From a virus, in the IMG/VR virus record IMGVR_UViG_3300027519_000002: a stretch of DNA of 64,000 nucleotides; one strand, written 5' to 3'. A program made the position numbers and the translations under genes. This document shows positions 20,222-29,094 of this stretch, piece after piece (position 1 is the stretch's first letter; each line of letters starts with the position of its first letter). Below the pieces are notes generated by a model. That model was not told the DNA's origin. It saw only the letters and a list, made by a program, of their open reading frames with translations, and ran no database searches.

Positions 20222-20667
20222 TATACGAACAGCGACTTGCGAGGTTTGCTGTTAGCTTTAACTAATGCCTCTTCTTCTTCTTCTGTTTTGAACGGGGGCT
20301 TGTCTTCTTTGGCTCCCTCTTCTGTTTCTTCAACAGGATCAGGTTCAACCACTTCAGGCTCTGCCTCTACTTTCTTAGAAAGTGGGGTAACGTTATCTTC
20401 CGCTGACTTTTCAGCAGGAGCGTCTTCAGTTACCGACCCTTCTTTCTTAGCAGCAGTTTTAGTTCTGCGCTTCTTAGGTGCAGATTTCTTAGCTGGTTCG
20501 CCGCCTACAAGGGCTGCTACGTCCGTATCTAGGTTTGCTGATACAGAATCACCATCAATTTCTAGTTCAATGCTGAAGTCTTTGTCAGCAAGGCCTAGCA
20601 TGTTTTGAGCCTTAACGTGTTGCGTTAAGATCTCATTAATATCTTTTTCTTCGAATACAATTTTCAT
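20221..20667 (-). CDS. Hypothetical protein with a K/P/E/A-rich, histone H1-like low-complexity C-terminal half.
   Basis: 148-aa ORF containing SAPKKRRTKTAAKKEGS and a long acidic or proline-rich tail. Confidence 0.45.
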   Translation of the reverse strand: MKIVFEEKDINEILTQHVKAQNMLGLADKDFSIELEIDGDSVSANLDTDVAALVGGEPAKKSAPKKRRTKTAAKKEGSVTEDAPAEKSAEDNVTPLSKKVEAEPEVVEPDPVEETEEGAKEDKPPFKTEEEEEALVKANSKPRKSLFV

Positions 20668-21224
20668 TACGCTATCTTCTTCTGAAATGCGAGTAGTTGT
20701 TGAAAGGTGTCAGTCCGTGCGCCTGCAAATATGGCTGCTAACGCGTCTGCAACGTGTTCGTTCTTTCCTGTGTAGTGTACGTTCCCACCACGCTTGTGAG
20801 AGAACCAGTTAGCTTCAGGGAAGGTGTCAGTTGCCCAGTCAATCATTTGCTGCTTAGATGCGTTCTTATTGCCTACTGCAGCTAGTTTGACTTCTGATGG
20901 AGTGACTTGAATTAGTGGAACTTTAAGACTGGCCAGTAACCCGATACAGATACCGTATGAGGTCATGGCTCTTGAACTTTGCGAACCAATAGGTATCTCT
21001 ACGAAGGCTATGTTTACACCCTTTAGGAATGCAGACATGCCTTCGTAGATCTCCCTTGCACGCCGAAGGTCATCGCTGTTCTTACGAACAGTTTTATTTT
21101 TATTGTCCGATGCCGTTTCGATTAGTTTGATTTCGTCAAGGCCGAAGTCACCCTGAGCAAGCTCAAAGTGACCTTTCACCATCCCAAAGTTCCGTAGGCT
21201 TGGGTCGATACCGGCTAGAATCAT
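20667..21224 (-). CDS. ruvC: RuvC-like Holliday junction resolvase.
   Basis: N-terminus MILAGIDPS matches the RuvC LGIDPG motif. AFVEIP provides the Glu. C-terminal EHVADALAAIFAG matches the RuvC DAADALAIA catalytic region. Confidence 0.7.
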   Translation of the reverse strand: MILAGIDPSLRNFGMVKGHFELAQGDFGLDEIKLIETASDNKNKTVRKNSDDLRRAREIYEGMSAFLKGVNIAFVEIPIGSQSSRAMTSYGICIGLLASLKVPLIQVTPSEVKLAAVGNKNASKQQMIDWATDTFPEANWFSHKRGGNVHYTGKNEHVADALAAIFAGARTDTFQQLLAFQKKIA

Positions 21225-21968
21225 TTACTTAAATAATGACTTCACGCCACCTTTGGCTGATGAACCTGCGCCACCTTTGGCTGGAGCACCTGACTTGGCG
21301 CCAGACTTCTCCGCACCTTTAGCGCGGTTGATAACTTCGCCTTTGAACTTCTCAAGCCATGTTTCAACGTGAACCGCTTCTTCCGCTTCAGCTTGGATTT
21401 CTGTCACGGTCATGTTGTCACGTGGGCGTACCCACTTAACGATAGCGTTCTGCTCACGTGTTTCACCTGACGCAACGTACTTGCCTTCATCGTTTTTAAC
21501 GCGCTTGTCTACAAGCTGCTTTTCGATAAGGAATTTAACGTCTTTGCCAACCAAGTCCATGATCATGTTCACTTTGGTAGGAACTTCTTTCTTCTCTTCG
21601 TAGCTGTAAAGCTTAATTACTTTCTCTTCGATGTCTAGATCAGCAATTTCTTCGGCTGTTGCTAGAAGCGCTAGTGAGTTAGCGAAGATGAAACCTGGAA
21701 GGTACTTCTCGTTACCGTCTTTGTCTGTGTAGGTGTTGCTGCAACCTTTCTCTTCACCAGAGGTCATGTACTCAGTTTGAGAGTGGGATTTACCGTCAGC
21801 ATCTACTTGGACGTTTAGTGCCATTGCACCTGATTTCGCTACAGAAATGTATGCGTATTTGATGACACCTGCCGCTAGGCCTGTGTCGAATAATTGGAAT
21901 CCGCCGCCAATACGGTCTTCGTCAGTGGCGATGTTCTTTTTAGTTTTAAGGTTGTTCATTAGGCTCAT
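21225..21968 (-). CDS. Hypothetical protein, possibly an ssDNA-binding protein by N4 synteny (gp45 position). Glycine-rich C-terminal tail.
   Basis: 247-aa ORF among replication genes. No motif could be verified by eye. Confidence 0.3.
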   Translation of the reverse strand: MSLMNNLKTKKNIATDEDRIGGGFQLFDTGLAAGVIKYAYISVAKSGAMALNVQVDADGKSHSQTEYMTSGEEKGCSNTYTDKDGNEKYLPGFIFANSLALLATAEEIADLDIEEKVIKLYSYEEKKEVPTKVNMIMDLVGKDVKFLIEKQLVDKRVKNDEGKYVASGETREQNAIVKWVRPRDNMTVTEIQAEAEEAVHVETWLEKFKGEVINRAKGAEKSGAKSGAPAKGGAGSSAKGGVKSLFK

Positions 21969-21988
21969 TGGTATTTTCTCCTTACTCT

Positions 21989-22714
21989 TTAGCCGTAGTA
22001 TTCAACAAGACGGTTCAACACGTGTTGCGCGTTGTTATCGATAAACGTTTCGTTCTGGTCCCATAAGCCCATTGGCCCACGGATTCGCTCGTTTACCGCG
22101 TCTTTAGTTAGTTTGGTTTGGTAGACATATTTGAAGCCGAGTGCTTCGTCTTCCGGTGTGATTTCAAGCATTTCGCTTTCGAAATCGGTGAGGTCTTTCA
22201 GTTTCTTCTTCTTGGCGTAAACCACGCATGAGAAGTAACTTTCAACGCCTTGGTTCTTGATGGCGCCTTTGGCTGGTACTTTCGTTTCAGTAACCATCTC
22301 GCCTTCGTTGAGCTGGTCAACAACGTGCGCTAGGAAGATAACGTTCTTCGATGATGCTGCTACTTTTTGCTGCATGATTCGTTTGAAGAACTGCGTGTAC
22401 TCACCCCATGCTTGCATGGTGTTTGTTGATGTAAGTACGTGAAGTGATTCGTACATATCCATCAAGTAGTTAAGCGAGTCAATGACGATAGTGTGAACGT
22501 CATCCATCTCTTCTACTTGGTCAAACGCATCTTCGACCTGATACGGGTCAGTGACAACAAGTTCTTTGAACTTGCTTCGAAAGGGTAACTTCTTACCCGC
22601 TTCACAATTTAGATAGATGACACCCTCTGGGTTCTTTAGTCCCATTAGTGACGCTGATTTTCCCACGGCTGACTTACCGCAGATAAGTACGAGATTATCG
22701 TTAACTTCTGACAT
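21989..22714 (-). CDS. RecA-superfamily (Sak4/KaiC-like) P-loop ATPase.
   Basis: Walker A LICGKSAVGKSA, Walker B-like HTIVIDSL, about 240 aa. Confidence 0.45.
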   Translation of the reverse strand: MSEVNDNLVLICGKSAVGKSASLMGLKNPEGVIYLNCEAGKKLPFRSKFKELVVTDPYQVEDAFDQVEEMDDVHTIVIDSLNYLMDMYESLHVLTSTNTMQAWGEYTQFFKRIMQQKVAASSKNVIFLAHVVDQLNEGEMVTETKVPAKGAIKNQGVESYFSCVVYAKKKKLKDLTDFESEMLEITPEDEALGFKYVYQTKLTKDAVNERIRGPMGLWDQNETFIDNNAQHVLNRLVEYYG

Positions 22715-22776
22715 TGGTTTCTCTTGTTTCTGAATTGATGAAAGCGCAGCAGGGCACGGAGGTGCCCAAACTACTC

Positions 22777-24945
22777 TTAAGCGGCTGCTTGTTTTGCGAA
22801 GGCTTTACGCGCTGAAACCATGATCGTTGTCATAATTTCTTCTTCTGGGAGTTTGTCAGCGAGTTTCTCGTTAAGAGACATCACCGCTGCTTCTACTTGG
22901 CTGATAGTTTTGCCTGAGTCCACTAACATTAGTGCGAACTTGACCAATTGATTTGAACGGTTGCCAGAACCGGTGTTGTTAACGAACCAACGTTCCACAT
23001 TAGATAGCGATTGCTGATCAATGAGTCGCTGCTTACGTTCTTCATTCTTCTTGGTTTTCGGAATGAATGGGACCGGGTCAAATAGTTCACCATCTTGTAG
23101 GAACAAGCTACCGTCATGGCTCTGCCATTTACGGCTTCGCTGTGAGGTTTGCTCATCTACTTCGAATGGTAGCCAGTCATAGACTGCCTGCATGAACTCT
23201 TTGTATTCTTGGCCGTCCAGCTTCAAGCCATACTTCATAGGTAGGATAATGCGGTAACGATCTTCACCTTCCGTTTGGTGACGTTTAGTGGTGTAGAACG
23301 CAGCCTTATAATCCGCTAGAAGCTGTCTTGAGATATCAAGAGGTGATTCACCGTCAACATCGATAACCAGTAGGTTAAAGCCTGCTTTAGTGTTGTCTTC
23401 GCATCTGTGACCTTCCTGCACATGGTGTGTTATCCAGTGCATATCTGGCATCTGGGTGAGTTTGCCTAAGTTGTCCCAATTAACTACATCGTTATAGTAG
23501 TTGTACGCTACATGGTCTGAGTATGAGACAGTAAGTTTGTCTAGGCTTGTCTCTTCAAGAGCCTCACCTGTAAGGAACTCAATACCATCTACGTAATGCT
23601 TCTTCACGATGATGTTATTTTGGTGGCCCCAGGCGATCGCCATGTTTAGCATCTCTGTTTTCTGAGATGCGTTACCTTTATAGAAAGGTAGGTCTTCAAC
23701 TAACTCAACCTGTGTAACCGGACGCTGCATTGAGCCAAGATACTTAGCTAATTTCACGTAAGGACGGTCACGGTTAAGTACTTCGCTGAGTGCGTTACCT
23801 GAGTCTTCTACAATAGCGATTGCGTAGTAGAGGTGTTCTGCAGTTATCTTAGCAGAGCCTTCGAAGAAGGCGTATGCGCCAGCTAATTTAAGCGCCTTGA
23901 ATGCACGGTTTTCCATCTCGATACGTTTTACCGTATCGTGTTCACTGAACTCACGTGAGCGTTGCTTGTTCCACAAGTCATACTCAATACGTAAGATTTC
24001 TTCTTCCTTGTCCAATAACAAGAGTTTGTTGAAGTTCACTGGGTCAGCTAACTCAATTAAGTGTTCCGCTAGTTCCTCAATGAACTCTGATGACTCTTCG
24101 TTACTGTTACGTTCGAAGATCTCTTCCGCTGTAAGATCAAGTCTACGGTTTACCGTCTTTTCACAACCAAATAGGCAGCGTCGGGCGTAGCCTTTCTCTT
24201 GCATGGAAAGAAATTCTTCTTCCTTTTTTCCGCCATCAAGTAATGAACTCTGCGTACCGAACATGATCAGGTTACACGGTGTTTGCCCTTCAATAGAGCT
24301 AAGTCGCGTGTTGTCCTTCGTGTTCTTTGTCAGAGATTCCTTGATTTTACCTTTGTCGTAAAGTTCTAGGAACTTACTAAAGGCATCGGCGTTACCTGTT
24401 AGGTTGTCACCAATTTCGTCAATCTCAAAATTAAGAGAGCCTGCGTTGGCTAACAGAAGTTTATGCCTGAATTGTTTCAGAGCTGCTGGCGTTGCTGAGT
24501 CAAATGACTTAACCCATGCACCGATAGACTTAAACTCTGCAATCAAGTCCTGCATTTCTTCATCAGGATCAGTGCCGTTTTTAATCGAACGCTTGTTAGC
24601 AAGCTTCGCTAGGTTCTGTTCAGTCGTGTAAGGTAACAATTCAGATTCAAATCTGTCATTGAATAGACCAAATACTTCCTCTTCCAAGAAGTTCATCGAC
24701 TTGGTTTTACCTGCGCCAGATGGGGCAAGGTTAATCGCGTAGATGTTAATTGGTAGTGGCTTCTGGTTATAAAGCTTGATACGGGCACGCATCTGCGATG
24801 CTGCCTTACCAATGAAGTATGAGACTACTATTCGAAAGAAAGCTGGAGTGTCGTTCTCGCAATAGTTCGCGATGTGCTGAGTTAGTTTCTCAGCGACTGG
24901 GTGATACTTTATCTTCTCTTGGTCGAAGATCTGAAACTGTGGCAT
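22777..24945 (-). CDS. DNA primase: C-terminal primase-polymerase plus PriCT domains fused to an N-terminal P-loop NTPase.
   Basis: Walker A APSGAGKT near the N-terminus. hhhDhD-type motif LLVIDVDGES and a PriCT-like NNTGSGNRSNQLVKFALML in the C-terminal half. Start reassigned to ATG 24945, which has an AGAGGA SD and sits 2 nt after the upstream stop. Confidence 0.5.
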   Translation of the reverse strand: MPQFQIFDQEKIKYHPVAEKLTQHIANYCENDTPAFFRIVVSYFIGKAASQMRARIKLYNQKPLPINIYAINLAPSGAGKTKSMNFLEEEVFGLFNDRFESELLPYTTEQNLAKLANKRSIKNGTDPDEEMQDLIAEFKSIGAWVKSFDSATPAALKQFRHKLLLANAGSLNFEIDEIGDNLTGNADAFSKFLELYDKGKIKESLTKNTKDNTRLSSIEGQTPCNLIMFGTQSSLLDGGKKEEEFLSMQEKGYARRCLFGCEKTVNRRLDLTAEEIFERNSNEESSEFIEELAEHLIELADPVNFNKLLLLDKEEEILRIEYDLWNKQRSREFSEHDTVKRIEMENRAFKALKLAGAYAFFEGSAKITAEHLYYAIAIVEDSGNALSEVLNRDRPYVKLAKYLGSMQRPVTQVELVEDLPFYKGNASQKTEMLNMAIAWGHQNNIIVKKHYVDGIEFLTGEALEETSLDKLTVSYSDHVAYNYYNDVVNWDNLGKLTQMPDMHWITHHVQEGHRCEDNTKAGFNLLVIDVDGESPLDISRQLLADYKAAFYTTKRHQTEGEDRYRIILPMKYGLKLDGQEYKEFMQAVYDWLPFEVDEQTSQRSRKWQSHDGSLFLQDGELFDPVPFIPKTKKNEERKQRLIDQQSLSNVERWFVNNTGSGNRSNQLVKFALMLVDSGKTISQVEAAVMSLNEKLADKLPEEEIMTTIMVSARKAFAKQAAA

Positions 24946-24947
24946 TG

Positions 24948-25982
24948 TTATCCTCTTAACTGTAATTCTCCACTGTCTAGGTACTTCTGCTTTTGCTCGC
25001 AAATTTCAAAAGCTTTGCAGTACCGGCACGCTACAACTTCACCTGGGAATGTCTTCACAATGGCGCCTTTCTCACGGGCGAATCGTTCTGCACCACGTTT
25101 ATCTTCATCGAATACACCACCGCTCATAGCGCGTTTGGCTTTTTCGTCCTTATAAACTTTGTAGACCGTAGGCTTTCGCCATAGGTCGTCATCGTTACAT
25201 TCAGGAATTTCAGATTCGGGTTTGTCCCAGTATTTCTTGATGGTAGCTAGTTGCTTGCGTACAAACGCTTCAGTGGCTTGATATGAGTTCAGCATGAATT
25301 TCTTCTCTACTGTTCTCATATTGGGGTAGTTGGGTTCACGTGTCCGTGAGCCTTGCCAGTCCGTAAAGATGAACTGAATGGCCATATCGTCACGTGTTAC
25401 TTTGTCAGGGTTGAGCCAACGATAAATACTACCTTGGTTAATGTAGTCTTCGTCTTTGGTTCCCTTCATAAAGGTGTAAACAGAAGTCGTTTTAAAGTCT
25501 TCTAGTCTACCGTCACCGATGAAGTCGAACTTACCGCTGATGATGAATCCGTCTATCTCTTTCTCAGAACGAACTTCTAAGTAGATAGGGATGATGTCAG
25601 GGTCTGCTTTGAGATCTTCGGCTGATGGGTTTACGCGAATACGTTCAATCACTCGTTTAGGGTAGCCAAGCTTTTCAAGGTTCTTGGCATAGCTTCCAAC
25701 CCACGCAGCTTCAATACCGTTGTGTATGGACGAACCCATCGCAGATGGGATGAGTCCAACGATATCGTCTTTCGCCTCGTTATCAACGCGGTTACTTAAT
25801 ATAAGTTGTTTGAGTGGCTTTAGAAGTGATGTAGCCGAGATGTGGTTCTCTCGACTATCGTGATCGTAGTCATCGTGTGCTAACCATACCGCAATGGATA
25901 AGGGTAGGTTGCTGTTGTTGGTAACTTGTTGCATTGGCTTTGCCTTTCTGATGATTAATCGCCAGAGTGCGGGGAGCCGCAC
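24948..25982 (-). CDS. PD-(D/E)XK nuclease, Cas4/RecB-like, with a C-terminal cysteine cluster.
   Basis: DFIGDGRLEDFK (D...E.K) and C-terminal CRYCKAFEIC. Confidence 0.5.
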   Translation of the reverse strand: MRLPALWRLIIRKAKPMQQVTNNSNLPLSIAVWLAHDDYDHDSRENHISATSLLKPLKQLILSNRVDNEAKDDIVGLIPSAMGSSIHNGIEAAWVGSYAKNLEKLGYPKRVIERIRVNPSAEDLKADPDIIPIYLEVRSEKEIDGFIISGKFDFIGDGRLEDFKTTSVYTFMKGTKDEDYINQGSIYRWLNPDKVTRDDMAIQFIFTDWQGSRTREPNYPNMRTVEKKFMLNSYQATEAFVRKQLATIKKYWDKPESEIPECNDDDLWRKPTVYKVYKDEKAKRAMSGGVFDEDKRGAERFAREKGAIVKTFPGEVVACRYCKAFEICEQKQKYLDSGELQLRG

Positions 25983-26018
25983 AAGCTTTCATCTCAGGCA
26001 AAGCCACAAGTTATTTAG

Positions 26019-26441
26019 TTAGGGGTAGGCACTCCAAATAGAGTTTGCCATGGCGTATTGCTTACATCTTACTAGGTAAGGGTTAAGTAAGAAGTACGTT
26101 ACGCCTTTCTTAGTAGCTAACCCTAGCTGTCTTTGATGGTCACGTTTAAGTCGAACCATAAGACCAGCTTTAACGATCTTACTTACATAACGACTGTGAA
26201 GTTTGTAGGCCGTAGATTTACGGTCTTGTACTGATTCAGGCAATTCATACGAACACACATTATTTACGTAATTGTGCTTGCGTTTAATATTCAGAAAAAG
26301 TACTTGAGCGGCAGGGGGTAAACCCACAAGTGTATCAAGTAGATCAGGTGCAAATGAATTATTGTCCGTGCTCAGTGGACTGATCATTGCGAAAGGTGCG
26401 TGTGTGTTGGTTGCTTGGGCTAAAGACAACATACTCTCCAT
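26019..26441 (-). CDS. Hypothetical protein bordering the attP-like noncoding region.
   Basis: 140-aa ORF with no recognisable motif. Confidence 0.4.
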   Translation of the reverse strand: MESMLSLAQATNTHAPFAMISPLSTDNNSFAPDLLDTLVGLPPAAQVLFLNIKRKHNYVNNVCSYELPESVQDRKSTAYKLHSRYVSKIVKAGLMVRLKRDHQRQLGLATKKGVTYFLLNPYLVRCKQYAMANSIWSAYP

Positions 26442-26571
26442 GAGGTTTTTATATGAAATAAAAATCCACTCACAAAGGTAGAATATTAATGCTGTAACTG
26501 ATTGATCTGCCTCAACTATAATTCCCTATATATAAATAAGATCAAATAGATGAAATAGACGAACCAATTTA

Positions 26572-26587
26572 CTGTACGGAGGTACAG
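26572..26587. promoter_or_regulatory. CTGTAC-GGAG-GTACAG hairpin. Fourth member of the short-loop hairpin family.
   Basis: Perfect 6-bp inverted repeat with a GGAG loop, in the noncoding region next to the integrase. Confidence 0.3.
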
Positions 26588-27091
26588 CAGATACTACTAA
26601 TATAACTTACCTAACTAAATTCCGTTTCAATGTGATCCGTGCGTAAATCACTGACGTAAATCAGTACCGCGTGGTTGCATCGACCGAACTATTTTTATTA
26701 TTAGTGTTCGGATTTTTTGACATCGACTCCCTCTGTCTTTGTCATCTCAACATTAAGTAAATTTATACTTAAGTATGAAATCGGAATGTATAGGAACGTG
26801 AAAACGTTTTCCACCTATTTTGTAAGAAAACTTGAATGAACGTTCAAGAAAAAGTCAGTCATGTCACTATTGTCATCATTGGAACAAAAGCCAATTAAGT
26901 CACTTTCTGGTGGCTAGGTAACTTCAACTTCAAGTTAACGTGACTCATAACTGCACTGATAGTGCGTTTTGTCCTCCGAAAATTTGTGACCAGATTGTGA
27001 CTATGAATAGGCACTTTTAGGCTCATCTAGGCTTAGTACTTTTTTAAAGAAGTAAGCGTACATAAGCCTCTGATATATATAGATATTTTAC

Positions 27092-27125
27092 CCACAGGTT
27101 CAAGTCCGGCCCCGGGCACCACTAT
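27092..27125 (+). other. attP-like core: tRNA 3' end from the T-loop onward (GGTTCAAGTCC-GGC-CCCGGGC-A-CCA).
   Basis: Canonical T-loop, a 7-nt acceptor 3' strand, discriminator and CCA, but no matching 5' half. It lies 22 nt from the integrase stop inside a 700-bp noncoding AT-rich region. Confidence 0.45.
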
Positions 27126-27146
27126 TTTCCTAATAAAATCAACAAC

Positions 27147-28400
27147 TTACGCAGATTTCATTTTTTCATGTGACTCAGATGTGACCATATCGATAAGATT
27201 CGATACTCGTTCACTCATTCCTGGCATCTCATCATCCATCCATCTGCCATAATGTTTTTCGAACATCATAATGGAAGTGTGACCCATTTCTCGCATGATC
27301 CATCTTTCAGGTGCACCAGTCGTTAATAATCTACTAGCGAATGTGTGACGAGCCTGATTAGGTCCACGATATCGAATGTTGAGTTTCTTAAGAAACGCTT
27401 CGAAGAATCTCTCTGCTACACGTGCACTATTTATATAAGGCTCTAGTGTGAATGTGTCAGGGAATACGAAAGTGAGACTTTCCTTCTTCTTTCTACGTTT
27501 ATCTGATTGAGTAACTTCAACCGTATGCTTACGGTTCATCTTCGAGATACTTTGTTGAGCCAATAATATCTCTTTAGCTTGTCTGGTTAAGTGGACGGTT
27601 CTAACACTGCCTTTTGTCTTTGGTACTTTATAGTCACCACGAACAACAGCACGCTTAATGTAAACCTCACCTTTAACTAGGTCGATATCTTCCCAAGCCA
27701 AACAAAGCCATTCAGAAATACGTACACCAGTGTGACAAGCGAAGAGGAACGCGTTGCGTTCTGACTCGCGTGAAGTTTCAGCTTTACCTATTCTAATCAA
27801 CTCTTCAGTTGTGAATGGGTCAGCATTGTCTTCAGAGTCGCGCTCTAAGTTCTTAACATGCTCTAGTGGATTGAACTCGATTACTCGGTCAGCCATAGCA
27901 TCTTTAAAGGCACCACGTAACGGTGTAAGAATATCGTTGATAGTCTTGTTCGTGAGCTGGCCTAGATCTCTACTGCGCCAACGTTTCACTTCTGACTGCA
28001 TCAATGAGTCTATGCGCCTGTTACCAAACTTAGGCTTAAGGTAGTTCTCTACGGTACTCTTGTAGCCGCGAAAGGTTTTAGGTGCATATTCAGATTCCTT
28101 GGTTTCAAGCCAAGTATCTAATGCTTCAGCAACAGTAGGTATTATTGCTGCTGGCTCAAACAGATCTGCTTTCTTAGAGTCAGGGAAGTGGTTGCGGTAA
28201 CTGAATATCTTGGTCGCAATTTCGTGAAGTACTACGTTCCTTTTATTAAAGGCCCATTTCACATTAGCTTGCGTAGCTTTAAGGTTCTTGAGAGTTTCAC
28301 GACAACGTACACCTTTATAGTAGAAATCTATAACAATAGATTCCCCGCGTAAGTGTACGCCATCGTAGTCCTTTACAAATTCACTAAGCGGCTTCGCCAT
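27147..28400 (-). CDS. int: Tyrosine recombinase (phage integrase).
   Basis: Catalytic-domain signatures GVRISE (Arg), HTFASRLL..GAPERWIMREMGHTS (H-x-x-R) and FEKHYGRW (Tyr). N-terminal arm-type DNA-binding region. Adjacent attP-like tRNA fragment and xis-like gene. Confidence 0.85.
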   Translation of the reverse strand: MAKPLSEFVKDYDGVHLRGESIVIDFYYKGVRCRETLKNLKATQANVKWAFNKRNVVLHEIATKIFSYRNHFPDSKKADLFEPAAIIPTVAEALDTWLETKESEYAPKTFRGYKSTVENYLKPKFGNRRIDSLMQSEVKRWRSRDLGQLTNKTINDILTPLRGAFKDAMADRVIEFNPLEHVKNLERDSEDNADPFTTEELIRIGKAETSRESERNAFLFACHTGVRISEWLCLAWEDIDLVKGEVYIKRAVVRGDYKVPKTKGSVRTVHLTRQAKEILLAQQSISKMNRKHTVEVTQSDKRRKKKESLTFVFPDTFTLEPYINSARVAERFFEAFLKKLNIRYRGPNQARHTFASRLLTTGAPERWIMREMGHTSIMMFEKHYGRWMDDEMPGMSERVSNLIDMVTSESHEKMKSA

Positions 28401-28590
28401 CTAATTCCTCAAACAGTTCATCAAGTCTTTCATAATGATACATGATCACACCGTGAACTTTCTTCCAATGAATGCCTTCTTGTAATTTACCTGCAAGTCT
28501 GCGCTTTTGGAGATTGTGGTAAGTAAGGCCTTTCAACTCTTCTAATACTTTTGGGTAAACCCAACCTAGCTTAATGTATGTAGCTTTCAT
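28384..28590 (-). CDS. xis: Excisionase/AlpA-like small DNA-binding protein.
   Basis: 68 aa, basic, winged-helix-like (LQKRRLAGKLQEGIHWKKVHGVIMYHYERLDELFE). Overlaps the integrase start by 17 nt, the classic xis-int arrangement. Confidence 0.45.
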   Translation of the reverse strand: MKATYIKLGWVYPKVLEELKGLTYHNLQKRRLAGKLQEGIHWKKVHGVIMYHYERLDELFEELDGEAA

Positions 28591-28612
28591 ATAATGCGCC
28601 CCTTATTGCGCT

Positions 28613-28894
28613 ATGAGGAAAATAATGAGTAATAAAAGAACTGGCTACAAAAGAGTAGCCAACGTATTTAGCTGGATAGGTACAGCATGGGTCTTAGGTG
28701 CTGGAATCGTTACACTGATTATTCAGCTTTTCGATATAAGCGGGTTTCGTCAAATGGGTGCCGATGCCGCACTTCCACTAACACTAGTTTGTTTAGTGGG
28801 TGCAGCAATCGTCTACTCGATTCCCCAAGGACTGTACCTATTAGGTTGCTATCTTGCGGATGGTTTCAAACCAGATGACAGCAAACAGTGGTAG
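28613..28894 (+). CDS. Two-TM membrane protein encoded divergently from xis/int.
   Basis: 93 aa, two hydrophobic helices. It is the only plus-strand gene inside the minus-strand block. Confidence 0.45.
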   Translation: MRKIMSNKRTGYKRVANVFSWIGTAWVLGAGIVTLIIQLFDISGFRQMGADAALPLTLVCLVGAAIVYSIPQGLYLLGCYLADGFKPDDSKQW

Positions 28895-28896
28895 GT

Positions 28897-29094
28897 TTAA
28901 AGTACAGCTTTAAGTAAATCTGCCTGTTCATGCGTCAGTTCAATAGTAACTGGCGTAAGAACGTCTTTACCTGCAATACTGACACTCACACCTTCGTAGT
29001 TAGCCCAACCGGTACGTTGTACTAGGCAACCATCGTTTTCAGCGTAGCGTTGTGTCACTTCAACATCAATTGTCGTTACTTCTACTTCGCTCAT
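28897..29094 (-). CDS. Small hypothetical protein. Start reassigned to MSEVEV, making an ATGA overlap with the ligase stop.
   Basis: The 28897..29136 ORF has an in-frame ATG at 29094 that overlaps TGA of the upstream gene. Confidence 0.35.
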   Translation of the reverse strand: MSEVEVTTIDVEVTQRYAENDGCLVQRTGWANYEGVSVSIAGKDVLTPVTIELTHEQADLLKAVL

